A stretch of DNA of 64,000 bases, taken from sequence record OZ346205.1; one strand, 5' to 3'. The DNA is from a phage. The notes under the pieces were generated by a model. It did not search any database and was not told the origin of the DNA. It saw nothing but the letters and a program-made list of their open reading frames with translations. A program made the translations under genes and the position numbers. Below, piece by piece: positions 10,901 to 19,866 of this stretch (positions are counted from its first letter, which is position 1; each line of letters starts with the position of its first letter).

Positions 10901-13633
10901 AAGATAATCCCCGGTCCTGAGACTTTGGGCAATGCCGTTGACCCTTATATCATCATGACTGCACTGAGATCAAACATGGATGGGACATCCATGTCCATGC
11001 AAATTCCGGTAACAAACGGATACAAACGTGTTGTGATGATCATTAAGTGCGACCTGATAGGTAAACAAGTTCTTGCAGAAAACGGGACATCCACACATCC
11101 TTTTGAGATCGCTCTGCACTATCAGTTTGCTGACTCACCTTTTGCAGGGGATAAGAGAATATCTGATACAGACGCACAGCGTTGTAAGAAAGTATTGTTG
11201 GGTGCAGGTTGGTGGTGGTATGAGTTTGATTTAACAGACAAATTCACCGACACGTCTAAAGTTGTAACAGGACTTCGTCTAGACCTTGGCGAGAACATGC
11301 ACAAAGCTGTTTGTGATGGCACCTATGGTGACCCTACAATATACCTAAAATATGTTTCTTTTGAGCATCCGGAAGATGTTGTCTACGGTCCAAAACTGAG
11401 ATTGTTTGGCAGCTGGATTGCAAAAGATAGGGTAGGCATGGGTAAGAAGGTAAGAGGGCTCTTGGTTGATGCAGGAACAGAAGACATGCTGGTTAATGCA
11501 GTGTGGCCTGAATTACCTGGGACTCAGTGGGACAACTCAGCCAAATCTATAAACTGGTTTAACATTCATAGGGCCATGTGGACCACTAACTGCTACTTGT
11601 GGAGAGAGCTTAACGATCAGGCCTTTGGATTCAGCGATGGTAGAAGGATGGCGATCATTTGCTGGACAACACTGCAAAGATGTTATGACCATGACTATGA
11701 GATTGGGGGCAGGGCATGGAAAAATATCAGGGATAGAATCATAACCAATTTTGCAGACGACAACGGTGGTGGAGCACATAACTTTGGCACAAGCCGACTC
11801 ATCCATTTGAACGGATCCTCAGCCTACAAGAAAGAAGGTTACTCTGGGTCTATGATCGAGTGGGGTCTGGTGAAAGATGCTCGCGTATTGATGGGCCAGC
11901 AACTTGCTGCCGCAATAGGTCCCAGCGCAGTGCAGTCGGTTAAACCAGCGTGGTTCGATATTCCATTGTGGTCACCCGGAACACCGGGAACTGCTGCAAT
12001 CAACCCTACCACTGGGGATCTAGAAATCTCCTGGGAGGACTTGAAGCAGGTCGGTGGTTGGGACAAAACAGGGTACCAGGTTCAGTGGTGGAGAGCTGAT
12101 GGATCTTTAGCTGCTGATGAGTTTGTTAAGGACAATTTCTACACTATGTCCTCTGCAAAAGCACAGCAATTATTTGGTCAGGCAACTCCGTCAACGATCA
12201 CCATGTCTATGTGCTGTAAAGACAACAGGACTGGAGCTTTGGGGCCAAGGGTTGCTAAAGTTTTCTCAGGTATTAAATGGAATCTACCTGTCCAAAGTAT
12301 TTCATGGAAGCAAATAGGTGATAACAAGCTGCTGGTTACCCCTGCCTGTCAGTTCAACGCAACTCTTAACGTTGATCCTGCTGTTGCGGCAAACTCAGCT
12401 AAAGCTTCTGACTTCTCTGTGTCTAACACTGCTATGGCAGATGTGAGGAAGATTGACACGCTGAACGCCAGAATTACCTGTAAAAACACTTATGGCACAT
12501 TCCAGATCATCAACAACTTCACAGATGCTGATTCTAAGGTAGTGAGGACAGCAAGCCAGACTTTGAGTTTAGGAACTCTGGCCTATGCGGCCCTAATCAC
12601 TGAACAGTCGGCAACACTCCAAGGAGGTGGTGTAGGCAAGTCCATTACAACACCTGTGTGGAAGCCAAATGAGTGGGTTGTGTTTGATTTGACTGTGGAC
12701 TTCTCCAGCGATAATAACTGGACATGGGTAAGGAATTGTTTGTCACAGTTGATGGGCGGTCCAAGCTCCGTTAGTGATAGTCACGACTCTACTGACCCGA
12801 GTGTGTTCCAGGTAGGTAAAACTCACCCAGAGACTGGAGAAACGTTGCCTGACAGGAAGTATGCTTTGGTTTGCATCTCTTACGGGAAGGCAGATGTCAC
12901 CTTCTCAGGGACACACACTTATAACGGAACCTACAACTTCTCAAGGAAGTATAGTCTCAAAGCAGGGAACATTATAGACGAGGTTGGTGTGCTGTATAAT
13001 CCGGGCAACGGCATAGGGATTGTTGGTGGTAAACTGCAGATGCAGGAACCTTCTATTACCCCTTCCAACGTATCCGGGATTAGAAAGACTTGGGAAAGTA
13101 GTAATACCAACATTGCAACAGTGGATGCCACCACAGGACTGGTAACATTTAAAGCTACTGGGAATGTCACCATAAAGTTTGTAGTTACAGATGATGCAGG
13201 GCGCAAAACGTCTTCAACATCTTTTACTGTCAAACAGATGGCACCACAGTGGAGAATGTGGATAGGTACAGCAACAAACGGGGCATACCCTAATCCGGCA
13301 GGTACTTCTGGTATGAAGACTTTCTCTACAAGCAAACCGATGGAGTACGGCAGCGGTCCTAAGGTAGGGCAGATGGTGTACTTTGGTGCGTATATTCCTG
13401 AAATTATAGGGCTTCCGAGAAGTCAGCTTCAGTTGCTGTTTGGGGCTGGTGTTGACGATCTTGCCACTTTCGGGTATAGCGACAACATCGAGGCTGCAAG
13501 GAGTTCAGGATGGGTAGGGTTCAGAATGGAGTCTGGAAAGGAAGGCAGGATTCTAGGGACAGCCTCTATAGGTGTTATGTTCCCTGGTGACCAGCAGTAT
13601 CGTCTAGAAGCCTACGCAACCTTTTCTCGTTAA
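7997..13633 (+). CDS. giant virion protein with Ig-like (Big_2) domain (1878 aa)
   Basis: Uninterrupted 5.6 kb ORF; C-terminal segment ...NIATVDATTGLVTFKATGNVTIKFVVTDDAGRK... matches the Big_2 pattern. Confidence 0.65.
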   Translation: MLPIPLLKLGRHFLDKRGGIKELAVLSYPIDNSDGTSNTVSYVNSLAILFDDGQLNITGYNKFGECRTGDRNPINYPSETAWNVDHVWRADRAFVIRTFDNQFFYIGCTAGLIGSTAAGGNDVCVNEWTPLPEQIVKGLHLDTHPERLIEVMGGINNTVWVIAEAEGTGILKLYGSGNNTYGSLHVDKNQHATPVKIGETSENPETGPWKNPSINCEVHDNSVIFGGPRGFWIAGYDFLRNNSRNDLVWPPVQITRNDLRGIPADEEWKGFMCGPNGAIIATQRMHKPNDQQLVNVFYGQDVWGDDTWRSLNITYTHEVIMARGYGTSGIFFNNGTKQYRGFSRNLCNDIGAQSANNSPRANFIHYQALATAKYVEQRLPVSWTESVYFQGIHREGFLGTFTVVNGKLWWSGIPRGSFAGSNNLFGGRLNSQGFTEIPENWYKNVPVDSWGIEDIFDVNGVSNVSNIYIGDTVKMKLKPQPEGATFIIDKIELVNAAGTVVTDANYQFSTNWNHGGANEVVVTQYNRNINRRGLYSIKITYHDKHGTGRTYTTRTLNWNTIVPAYPSNGKWHTVGRNKQFHVNDTVYFGLNGTQPAVEGDTSYMVRLHRMDAGSVTYDVTQEIYDQRRATYDNIVKTQALWEFNPNGKGGKMLQVNEQNGTSLTVHEHPDPWPDPGKPRPGARTLKIVSHDAGYFGIRWEATVRYVDGTTNNIGITLGGTSEDNSLKIAYTPRGISIDSMDVVRNGYGDVNVKVTLGEHLGGERIIMYTFDHDPRTNGTYANQAWSYLINAPEPNTKEFYYGMKRDVCKKTGTHDWIAICVKDERTAWDEPVNRWFIGIPTRSDKYVAEYIVCMGGTNLNMCWNEDVNKYSDYDYMRDYSCNLWFNQTTGYPPRQARVNPAIFTDTQVFLTKQANEVQTFKNKYAPNKWFYNCYGAFFWGPGELPGGGSCLNEATYASDYIMGQVKKYKIIPGPETLGNAVDPYIIMTALRSNMDGTSMSMQIPVTNGYKRVVMIIKCDLIGKQVLAENGTSTHPFEIALHYQFADSPFAGDKRISDTDAQRCKKVLLGAGWWWYEFDLTDKFTDTSKVVTGLRLDLGENMHKAVCDGTYGDPTIYLKYVSFEHPEDVVYGPKLRLFGSWIAKDRVGMGKKVRGLLVDAGTEDMLVNAVWPELPGTQWDNSAKSINWFNIHRAMWTTNCYLWRELNDQAFGFSDGRRMAIICWTTLQRCYDHDYEIGGRAWKNIRDRIITNFADDNGGGAHNFGTSRLIHLNGSSAYKKEGYSGSMIEWGLVKDARVLMGQQLAAAIGPSAVQSVKPAWFDIPLWSPGTPGTAAINPTTGDLEISWEDLKQVGGWDKTGYQVQWWRADGSLAADEFVKDNFYTMSSAKAQQLFGQATPSTITMSMCCKDNRTGALGPRVAKVFSGIKWNLPVQSISWKQIGDNKLLVTPACQFNATLNVDPAVAANSAKASDFSVSNTAMADVRKIDTLNARITCKNTYGTFQIINNFTDADSKVVRTASQTLSLGTLAYAALITEQSATLQGGGVGKSITTPVWKPNEWVVFDLTVDFSSDNNWTWVRNCLSQLMGGPSSVSDSHDSTDPSVFQVGKTHPETGETLPDRKYALVCISYGKADVTFSGTHTYNGTYNFSRKYSLKAGNIIDEVGVLYNPGNGIGIVGGKLQMQEPSITPSNVSGIRKTWESSNTNIATVDATTGLVTFKATGNVTIKFVVTDDAGRKTSSTSFTVKQMAPQWRMWIGTATNGAYPNPAGTSGMKTFSTSKPMEYGSGPKVGQMVYFGAYIPEIIGLPRSQLQLLFGAGVDDLATFGYSDNIEAARSSGWVGFRMESGKEGRILGTASIGVMFPGDQQYRLEAYATFSR

Positions 13634-13646
13634 CAAGGGGGTAAAT

Positions 13647-13678
13647 AAAAAGGGGCCAAACGGCCCCTTTCTTTTTAT
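13647..13678. terminator. bidirectional intrinsic terminator between convergent genes
   Basis: AAAAGGGGCC-aaac-GGCCCCTTT hairpin flanked by A-tract and T-tract. Confidence 0.6.
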
Positions 13679-13680
13679 AG

Positions 13681-13881
13681 TTAGTAATACTCCCAACATG
13701 CCCCATCTTCAGACGGCTTGACGCGCTTACCTTTATGGTCAACATAGGTATAGCCACAACCTTCACAAATAACAGGTGCTGCATAGCCTTCCTTCCACTG
13801 ATCCTCAGTGATCAATCCTTTCAGATCTCCGCAGTCACGACCAAACAACTCTTCAGAACAGTCTTTACAAAAATCAGCCAT
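13681..13881 (-). CDS. small Cys-rich (zinc-ribbon-like) protein (66 aa)
   Basis: Track ORF; CxxC...CxxC spacing. Confidence 0.45.
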   Translation of the reverse strand: MADFCKDCSEELFGRDCGDLKGLITEDQWKEGYAAPVICEGCGYTYVDHKGKRVKPSEDGACWEYY

Positions 13882-13950
13882 CTCTATCAGTCTCCATATT
13901 TAACCAATCTATATTACATATTGCCGAAGAAACAGTATTTCATTTCATCA

Positions 13951-14169
13951 TCACAGATCTCCAACAACTTCCCAAATACCCCAGTGAGCATCTATATCCT
14001 TGATAAAGTATCTTTCTCCACGGTTTGTCCACACACCTATCCCAACTTTACCATCTATCCCATTGTATACATCTGCCTCATACTCTTTGCCCGGTGTAAA
14101 GTGTACACCCATCATAAGGGCTGTTATTCCATTAGGATTTTTAAATTTAACAAATTTTACTTTGCTCAT
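13951..14169 (-). CDS. hypothetical protein (72 aa)
   Basis: Track ORF in co-directional minus block. Confidence 0.4.
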   Translation of the reverse strand: MSKVKFVKFKNPNGITALMMGVHFTPGKEYEADVYNGIDGKVGIGVWTNRGERYFIKDIDAHWGIWEVVGDL

Positions 14170-14170
14170 A

Positions 14171-14500
14171 TTACTTAATCCTTGCAGTTACAGTAGCGCT
14201 ATACCCCATGTAGTTATGAGACATAAAGAATGTAAGCCCTTTAAGTTCAGGATTCTTTCTAAGAAATCGTTTCAATTTTCGAATGCAATTAACACCATGA
14301 TCATAGTTTGAGAAATTAAATTTAATACCCTGCTCCATCATAGTGCACACTTCTCCATGGGTATGCCATTGTCTATCGTGGTCACAAAACCAGTAACCAA
14401 TACCTTCTTTTTCTTGGATATGCAATCCCCAAAATACTTTATGCATTGGATATTTTGGTTTTCTACCATGATAATGTAGTTTAATATTCACATGTGCCAT
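14171..14500 (-). CDS. hypothetical protein (109 aa)
   Basis: Track ORF, tightly packed with neighbours. Confidence 0.45.
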   Translation of the reverse strand: MAHVNIKLHYHGRKPKYPMHKVFWGLHIQEKEGIGYWFCDHDRQWHTHGEVCTMMEQGIKFNFSNYDHGVNCIRKLKRFLRKNPELKGLTFFMSHNYMGYSATVTARIK

Positions 14501-14669
14501 TTTTTTGTTACTCCGTTCTGTATCTGTGATAATGAGAATAGCAAACTGGGGTGTGTGCTGTCAACAACATTTTTAAGCGTTTTGGGGAAGTTTTTTGAAA
14601 GGTGGGTGTAATCACAAGAGAGGGTGGAGTTATTGAAGGCACAGGCCTCTTTTGAGGCCTTAAAATCGA

Positions 14670-15050
14670 TTATGACACTTTGACGTAGCGCTCTGACAGA
14701 GCTGGAAAGCCAAAAGCAGTACCTATACTACCGTATGCTACCCACCATTGAAGTTCATCGTGACACCATTTTCCGATCAGGAAGGTGCTGGAGTAGCGGG
14801 TCAGTATTTTGGCATAAGCTTTAGGGTCTGCATCTTCTGGGATAATGATACTTGGAACATCTTTGTTATGGCCACAGCAGCAGTTTAGAGTTTTCAATCC
14901 TGCCGCCCATAGACTCATGATAGGCTTAGCCATGCACTTATCAAGGCACACACGTTTTTTGCCGTCACGGAGCTTTTTAGGCACATCAACGATAACATTT
15001 TGATGCTTGGCACCTTTCACTTTCCAATTATAGGATTTACACTTGCACAT
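14670..15050 (-). CDS. hypothetical Cys-rich protein (126 aa)
   Basis: Track ORF; no confident family. Confidence 0.45.
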   Translation of the reverse strand: MCKCKSYNWKVKGAKHQNVIVDVPKKLRDGKKRVCLDKCMAKPIMSLWAAGLKTLNCCCGHNKDVPSIIIPEDADPKAYAKILTRYSSTFLIGKWCHDELQWWVAYGSIGTAFGFPALSERYVKVS

Positions 15051-15247
15051 TTAATCAGTCTCCATCTAGAAAGCAATACTTTACTTAAAATCTTTGTCAC
15101 CTATTACGATTGCACGAATCCACTCATTGTGATGTTCAATGGCGGTAAGGTGTAACATAATGCAGTGATTGTCATTACCAAACACGGTGCGGTAAGCTTT
15201 AGCAGCACCATGATATAACTTCCACATCAGGTAATGATATCTTCGCC

Positions 15248-15727
15248 TCATGGCTCTTTCTCCGGTTCAGGATCTGGGTAATCTTCAATAATAAAGGGCC
15301 ATCCGTTCCGCTTAGCCTCAGACTTGTACTCAATCTCCTTCATTGCAAACTCTAACTGATTTTTAGCCGGAATACATGCCGGAGAATCATCAACCCAGAT
15401 ATCTGGGTAGATATCAAACTGCGCCAGGTAGGATGCCTTCTGAACACCGCCAGTATAAAACACACCAACATCGAGCTCCTTGCGCCAATACTCAATGTCC
15501 ACATTGTCTTGAGTAATGAATCGGAAAGTCACAAGGTATACTGTCCACCCCTCCTTCTTCAGGTCCCTGATCAGGCGGGAGAAGATGAACGGACTCGCAT
15601 TGAACGTTCCATCAAAGTCAATGGCAATGATGTGTGTGCCGTGGCGAGTCTCATATGGATTGCTTGTGGTAAGATTGCTGTAGTTAAAAGGAACTTCTTC
15701 CCCGCAGTAGCTGTAGTCCATATTCAC
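15248..15727 (-). CDS. HAD-superfamily phosphatase / nucleotidase-like protein (159 aa)
   Basis: HAD motif I DFDGT (DxDxT) and motif IV WVDD present. Confidence 0.55.
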   Translation of the reverse strand: MNMDYSYCGEEVPFNYSNLTTSNPYETRHGTHIIAIDFDGTFNASPFIFSRLIRDLKKEGWTVYLVTFRFITQDNVDIEYWRKELDVGVFYTGGVQKASYLAQFDIYPDIWVDDSPACIPAKNQLEFAMKEIEYKSEAKRNGWPFIIEDYPDPEPEKEP

Positions 15728-15999
15728 ACCTTCTCGTTGATAAATTTACGGGCGGTTTGGTGAGTTGTTTCTGCTGTCTTCAGAATGATATTAATTTTAT
15801 TGTCAAGATCATTCATCTCTGCAGTTAATTCAGGAATCTCTCCGGCATGCATAGTGAAATCATACATAGACATGCCCAGAATCTCATTGATGCGGCGGTT
15901 GCATTCTGCAGCACGCTGGTTCATTTTCCAAGCTAACACCAAAGCCTCCTGCGTAGCCTCTAGTGCAAAATCTAATACATCGGCCTCTTCTTTCGTCAT
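15724..15999 (-). CDS. hypothetical protein (91 aa)
   Basis: Track ORF with overlapping stop/start to neighbour. Confidence 0.45.
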   Translation of the reverse strand: MTKEEADVLDFALEATQEALVLAWKMNQRAAECNRRINEILGMSMYDFTMHAGEIPELTAEMNDLDNKINIILKTAETTHQTARKFINEKV

Positions 16000-16054
16000 C
16001 TCAGTCTCTCCTGTTGTATTGTTGGTAGGTGCATGAACACCTTATATCTCACTT

Positions 16055-16621
16055 TTATTCAAACTGCAATAGTAAGTCCACCACCGCGCTAGGTCTGTCA
16101 ACAAATTCCCCAGGTCCACATGCCCACAGAGGGTATCCGTCTACATACCGCCAAATCCAACCTGCAGTGTGGAGTTCGAGCAGGGCAGTACCGTCCTTAC
16201 TGTCAACCACTCTTTCCCACAGTGTTGGGCAGCGAAGCTTGAGAATCGGATCACCTCCCTTATACCCGTCCATGTAGATACCCATTGCAAAGTTCAGCAT
16301 CATCTTTTTGTGCACTGATCTCTTACTGAGGGTGCTCATCACTTCCTCTTTGTGAATGTTTGTAAGCTTCTCTTTGGCTACCCGCAGATCGTTGCAACCA
16401 TTGTTCAGCAGATCTTCCAGACACTTGATCCGGAGGTCGTGAATGTCTTTGTCGTGTACCGTTGGCACAGGGTCGTAGCGGTATAGCACTGTTGATACAA
16501 GGTTGCTCGGGTGTGGGTCTGACAGCAACCCATAACCCCAATACTCTTCTGTATCTGAAAGGACAAGACACCCAATGTCTCTGTCAAGCTTTCCTGTGTT
16601 GTAAGCCACATTGACCGCCAT
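16055..16621 (-). CDS. hypothetical protein (188 aa)
   Basis: Track ORF. Confidence 0.5.
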   Translation of the reverse strand: MAVNVAYNTGKLDRDIGCLVLSDTEEYWGYGLLSDPHPSNLVSTVLYRYDPVPTVHDKDIHDLRIKCLEDLLNNGCNDLRVAKEKLTNIHKEEVMSTLSKRSVHKKMMLNFAMGIYMDGYKGGDPILKLRCPTLWERVVDSKDGTALLELHTAGWIWRYVDGYPLWACGPGEFVDRPSAVVDLLLQFE

Positions 16622-16623
16622 GA

Positions 16624-16869
16624 CTATAGCTCCACTAGCAAAGTGCTTTCAAAGTGCCGTTCATGCAGACCGTTGTAAGGGACCACTTCCACAACACCAT
16701 CACGGACATACGGGGCCATCATAGTGGTATAATCTCCAAACGGGTTGGTATTGTCACTAACCACAACCACCTTCTGCCCTTCCTTGGCAGAGTGCCAAAT
16801 AGATCTACACTTCATCAGGTGTTCGAGAGCTCCAGGTAAAATTTTGTTACGTTCTTTACGGGTCTTCAT
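16624..16869 (-). CDS. hypothetical protein (81 aa)
   Basis: Track ORF. Confidence 0.45.
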   Translation of the reverse strand: MKTRKERNKILPGALEHLMKCRSIWHSAKEGQKVVVVSDNTNPFGDYTTMMAPYVRDGVVEVVPYNGLHERHFESTLLVEL

Positions 16870-17315
16870 AACAGATATAGCTCCTTATGAAAGTGGTCTT
16901 TTAATTTCTCACTGAGAAACTTCTTGATACCTTCCTCTAAAGTGTTTTCGATGTAGTCCAGCTTAACTGCTTCGATGGACATATCATAGATTGCCAGCTC
17001 TAAGCTGTCAAGTCCCATCATAGCATGAACCATAAGATTTTCATCTTCAGATACATTCAGGGGACTTCCTATAACATCTGGAGGCAGAATAGTTTCCCAA
17101 TTATTCTGGGTGGTAGTTCTCCCGCCATCTACTTTACGGCGCAGTTCGAATGTGTTCTTAGTGTAGAACACTTCATAAGAAACGATACGACTGTCACTCT
17201 CATAATAAACGAAGTTCAGGTAGGAGCCTAGCCGCAGTCGGCAAACTTCCACCCCAAACCATTGTTTCTTATAAGAATTCAGGCTAATGCTGTCGCATTC
17301 ACGTTTGCTCAACAC
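16866..17315 (-). CDS. hypothetical protein (149 aa)
   Basis: GTG start after RBS AAAAGGAGA. Confidence 0.45.
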   Translation of the reverse strand: MLSKRECDSISLNSYKKQWFGVEVCRLRLGSYLNFVYYESDSRIVSYEVFYTKNTFELRRKVDGGRTTTQNNWETILPPDVIGSPLNVSEDENLMVHAMMGLDSLELAIYDMSIEAVKLDYIENTLEEGIKKFLSEKLKDHFHKELYLL

Positions 17316-17567
17316 GGCTATCTCCTTTTTGTTAATCTTCGTAAATCAGGATTTCTGCTTTAGGTTTTCGTGCTTTCAGGTCCAGCTCTATCCAGTGCAC
17401 CATAGCTGTTTCAAGAAAAACAGCTTGGATGCATCCGTCCTCAGCGTGCCCCCACCAACATAACGAGATCTTCACCTTCGTCATCTGCATCACGAACATA
17501 AAGAATCTCTCCAGATTCGAAGTCTTTCACAACCTGATTGCTAGATAATTTTCGAATTTTTGCCATA

Positions 17568-17831
17568 TCAGAAACCCTCTAAAAAGCTCTTGTAGAAAAC
17601 AATCTCAGTATCCACACCAGTCACAATCTTGTCGTTCCTGATTTCATCGGTAAGATAGGTGTCAAAACGCAGAACCTGTGTGGTGTTGTCACACATCCAC
17701 TCAGCTGTGACCATTGCGAAAATCTTAGCATCTTCATTATCTGGTGTGAATGTTACCACCTCACCGCACTTAAACTTTTCGATAGGCTGAGTGTTAGCTT
17801 TCGGTTCTGCGATAGTGATTTTTGTGGTCAT
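17568..17831 (-). CDS. 87-aa protein, tandem paralogue family A, copy 3
   Basis: One of three abutting 87-aa ORFs of equal length with shared N-terminal pattern. Confidence 0.5.
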   Translation of the reverse strand: MTTKITIAEPKANTQPIEKFKCGEVVTFTPDNEDAKIFAMVTAEWMCDNTTQVLRFDTYLTDEIRNDKIVTGVDTEIVFYKSFLEGF

Positions 17832-18094
17832 TATTCTCCTCCTTCTTTTGAATAGCTTGTCTCTCCAAGGATGGTAATTTTGGTGTCAAGCTCTGTAACT
17901 TTCATGTTTGGCGGCAGATCGTACAACTCATTATTTTCTAAATCGAACCCCCACACACAATGTTCTCCTGTTTTGACAATCATAACTATGTTTTGAATGC
18001 CGTCTCCGTCGCAACTTACCACGGTCCCACACGGAAAACTGTCTGCACGCTTTTTGTTCTTCACCTTAGAATTGAATACAATGCTGGTAGCCAT
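17831..18094 (-). CDS. 87-aa protein, tandem paralogue family A, copy 2
   Basis: As above; MAT...K.KK....GTVV pattern. Confidence 0.5.
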   Translation of the reverse strand: MATSIVFNSKVKNKKRADSFPCGTVVSCDGDGIQNIVMIVKTGEHCVWGFDLENNELYDLPPNMKVTELDTKITILGETSYSKEGGE

Positions 18095-18357
18095 TATTGT
18101 TCCTCCACCATAACTTCGCCAAGAATTTCTATGCAGGCATCCATTTCTGTAACAACCAAACTGTGAGGTAGTTCTACAAACACCTTTCTGAACAGGTCAA
18201 ATACCCCAACATATATGTTTGCAGGATGTGATTTTACAACAAGTGCTGTATTCACATCCCCAAGTTCATCAACAAACATCACCACAGTGCCCGGAGCTAC
18301 TGAGGACAGATACTTCTTAGTTTTACGGTTTGATGCAAATTTTAACTCTGTTGCCAT
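18094..18357 (-). CDS. 87-aa protein, tandem paralogue family A, copy 1
   Basis: As above. Confidence 0.5.
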   Translation of the reverse strand: MATELKFASNRKTKKYLSSVAPGTVVMFVDELGDVNTALVVKSHPANIYVGVFDLFRKVFVELPHSLVVTEMDACIEILGEVMVEEQ

Positions 18358-18372
18358 AAATAACCTCCTCTC

Positions 18373-19854
18373 TTACTTAGCGTACTCGATTAATTCCACA
18401 GTTTTCCCAAAGCTCGGGATATAATTTTTATTATACCCCTCAGTGAGGACCCATAGAGTATCGTACTTTTTCCACTTGTTGTCAACAACCTTTTGTTCAA
18501 AGTTATGCTCAAAGTATAGGTCGGTCAGGACGATGACATCTTTTGCATTAGGTATGTTGGCATCCAGATACTCGAACACGCAAGCAGCTGTTGTGCCCCA
18601 TGTTGAGTGGACCTCATAGTTGATCATCTCGTCTATGTTGCCGCGAGTGTATACTTTAACCTCTCCAACCTCAGTTGACCAACAGAACATTGTAACCTTA
18701 AACTCTTTATACAGATTGCACAATCCGGTGATTTCATTGAACATTTTCTTTAAAGTTCTTTGAGAGATCGAGCCAGAAACGTCTAAAGCCACCACAATAT
18801 CTATAGTGTTTTCCGGATTACGACCAGGAACAATAACGTGCTGGTTCTTGTTTATAGCCCCAACTTTTCGCATTGTGCTGGTCAAAGACCCAGATCGGCG
18901 ACCAGGTTTTCTGTAGGTCAGTTCGGCCTTTCTTTTAGACAACATACGTTGCTTAATGATGTCTATATAGTTGATTACAGGCTTACCTCTGTTCTTGACA
19001 AACTCACGCACCGCCTCAGGGCAACGGCCTCCGGACGCTTGCATTGCTGCCTCCAGCATATCACCAGAGTCCTGCATGGCCTGATCTTTATCAGATTGGC
19101 TGATTACAGGTTGTGGCTGATCATACCCCATAGCCTTTCCAAGATTATCACTGGTGCCACCGTTCCCACTCATGTGATCATCGGTTTGTCGCTTATCACT
19201 TTGAGAGTTCTCACCTTTACCGTTCTTACTTTTACCGTTATTCTGATCTCTTTGCTTATCAAGAACTGCATAAACGTTCTCAGCAATCCATCCATGAAAC
19301 TTCATGTCGCAGTAGCAGCTGGCTAAGAAGCCAAAAGGCTTACCTTTCATGAACGTAGTGCTTTTCCCCTTCGGGAAGAAAACACAAGGAGGTTTGCTAA
19401 AGTCAACCACAAGGCCTGTGTTGATAACGTGATCACAAGCAATATTGAACAGTTCCGGCTCAAAGCTTTTACCACGGACTAGGTGATCACAGATAATATG
19501 CCCCACCTCATGTGACAGAAGGAAGGCCACCTCTTTCACAGATTTTGGGGAATAGAAAACTTCAGCCATCTCAAACTGCTCGTCAGTTAGAGAAGCCTTA
19601 AGAATAGCCTTGCGTTCATCAGCCAATCCCATAATGAACTCAGGACTGTAATAGATGCGTTTATGGTCGGTTGCCATGGTGGAGCACCATGTGTGGTTTT
19701 CTACGAACTGCAACCCTGACAGTAGTGTGCCATAAAACGGCAGCTTTTCAAGGAGATACATACGTGCAGCCTGCAACATTCTCAGGGCATCATCTTTCTG
19801 CGAGGCAATGATTTCTGAACTTCTGCTATCCATTAAAACTCCAGAAGGGGCCAT
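18373..19854 (-). CDS. vWA-domain protein with zincin-like HExxH motif (493 aa)
   Basis: MIDAS motif in VVALDVSGSIS (DxSxS); HEVGH metallopeptidase-type motif; likely partner of the MoxR-like ATPase at 23485. Confidence 0.65.
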   Translation of the reverse strand: MAPSGVLMDSRSSEIIASQKDDALRMLQAARMYLLEKLPFYGTLLSGLQFVENHTWCSTMATDHKRIYYSPEFIMGLADERKAILKASLTDEQFEMAEVFYSPKSVKEVAFLLSHEVGHIICDHLVRGKSFEPELFNIACDHVINTGLVVDFSKPPCVFFPKGKSTTFMKGKPFGFLASCYCDMKFHGWIAENVYAVLDKQRDQNNGKSKNGKGENSQSDKRQTDDHMSGNGGTSDNLGKAMGYDQPQPVISQSDKDQAMQDSGDMLEAAMQASGGRCPEAVREFVKNRGKPVINYIDIIKQRMLSKRKAELTYRKPGRRSGSLTSTMRKVGAINKNQHVIVPGRNPENTIDIVVALDVSGSISQRTLKKMFNEITGLCNLYKEFKVTMFCWSTEVGEVKVYTRGNIDEMINYEVHSTWGTTAACVFEYLDANIPNAKDVIVLTDLYFEHNFEQKVVDNKWKKYDTLWVLTEGYNKNYIPSFGKTVELIEYAK

Positions 19855-19866
19855 TGGCCCCTGTCA

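Noticed and set aside
8075-13335. Numerous antisense ORFs inside the 1878-aa gene (for example 8075-8428, 9227-9820, 9836-10438, 12931-13335)
   Set aside because: They are embedded in the opposite strand of a long continuous coding frame with no RBS or operon context; treated as random open frames. The same applies to antisense ORFs inside other long genes (for example 18838-19326, 34136-34825, 37334-37765).
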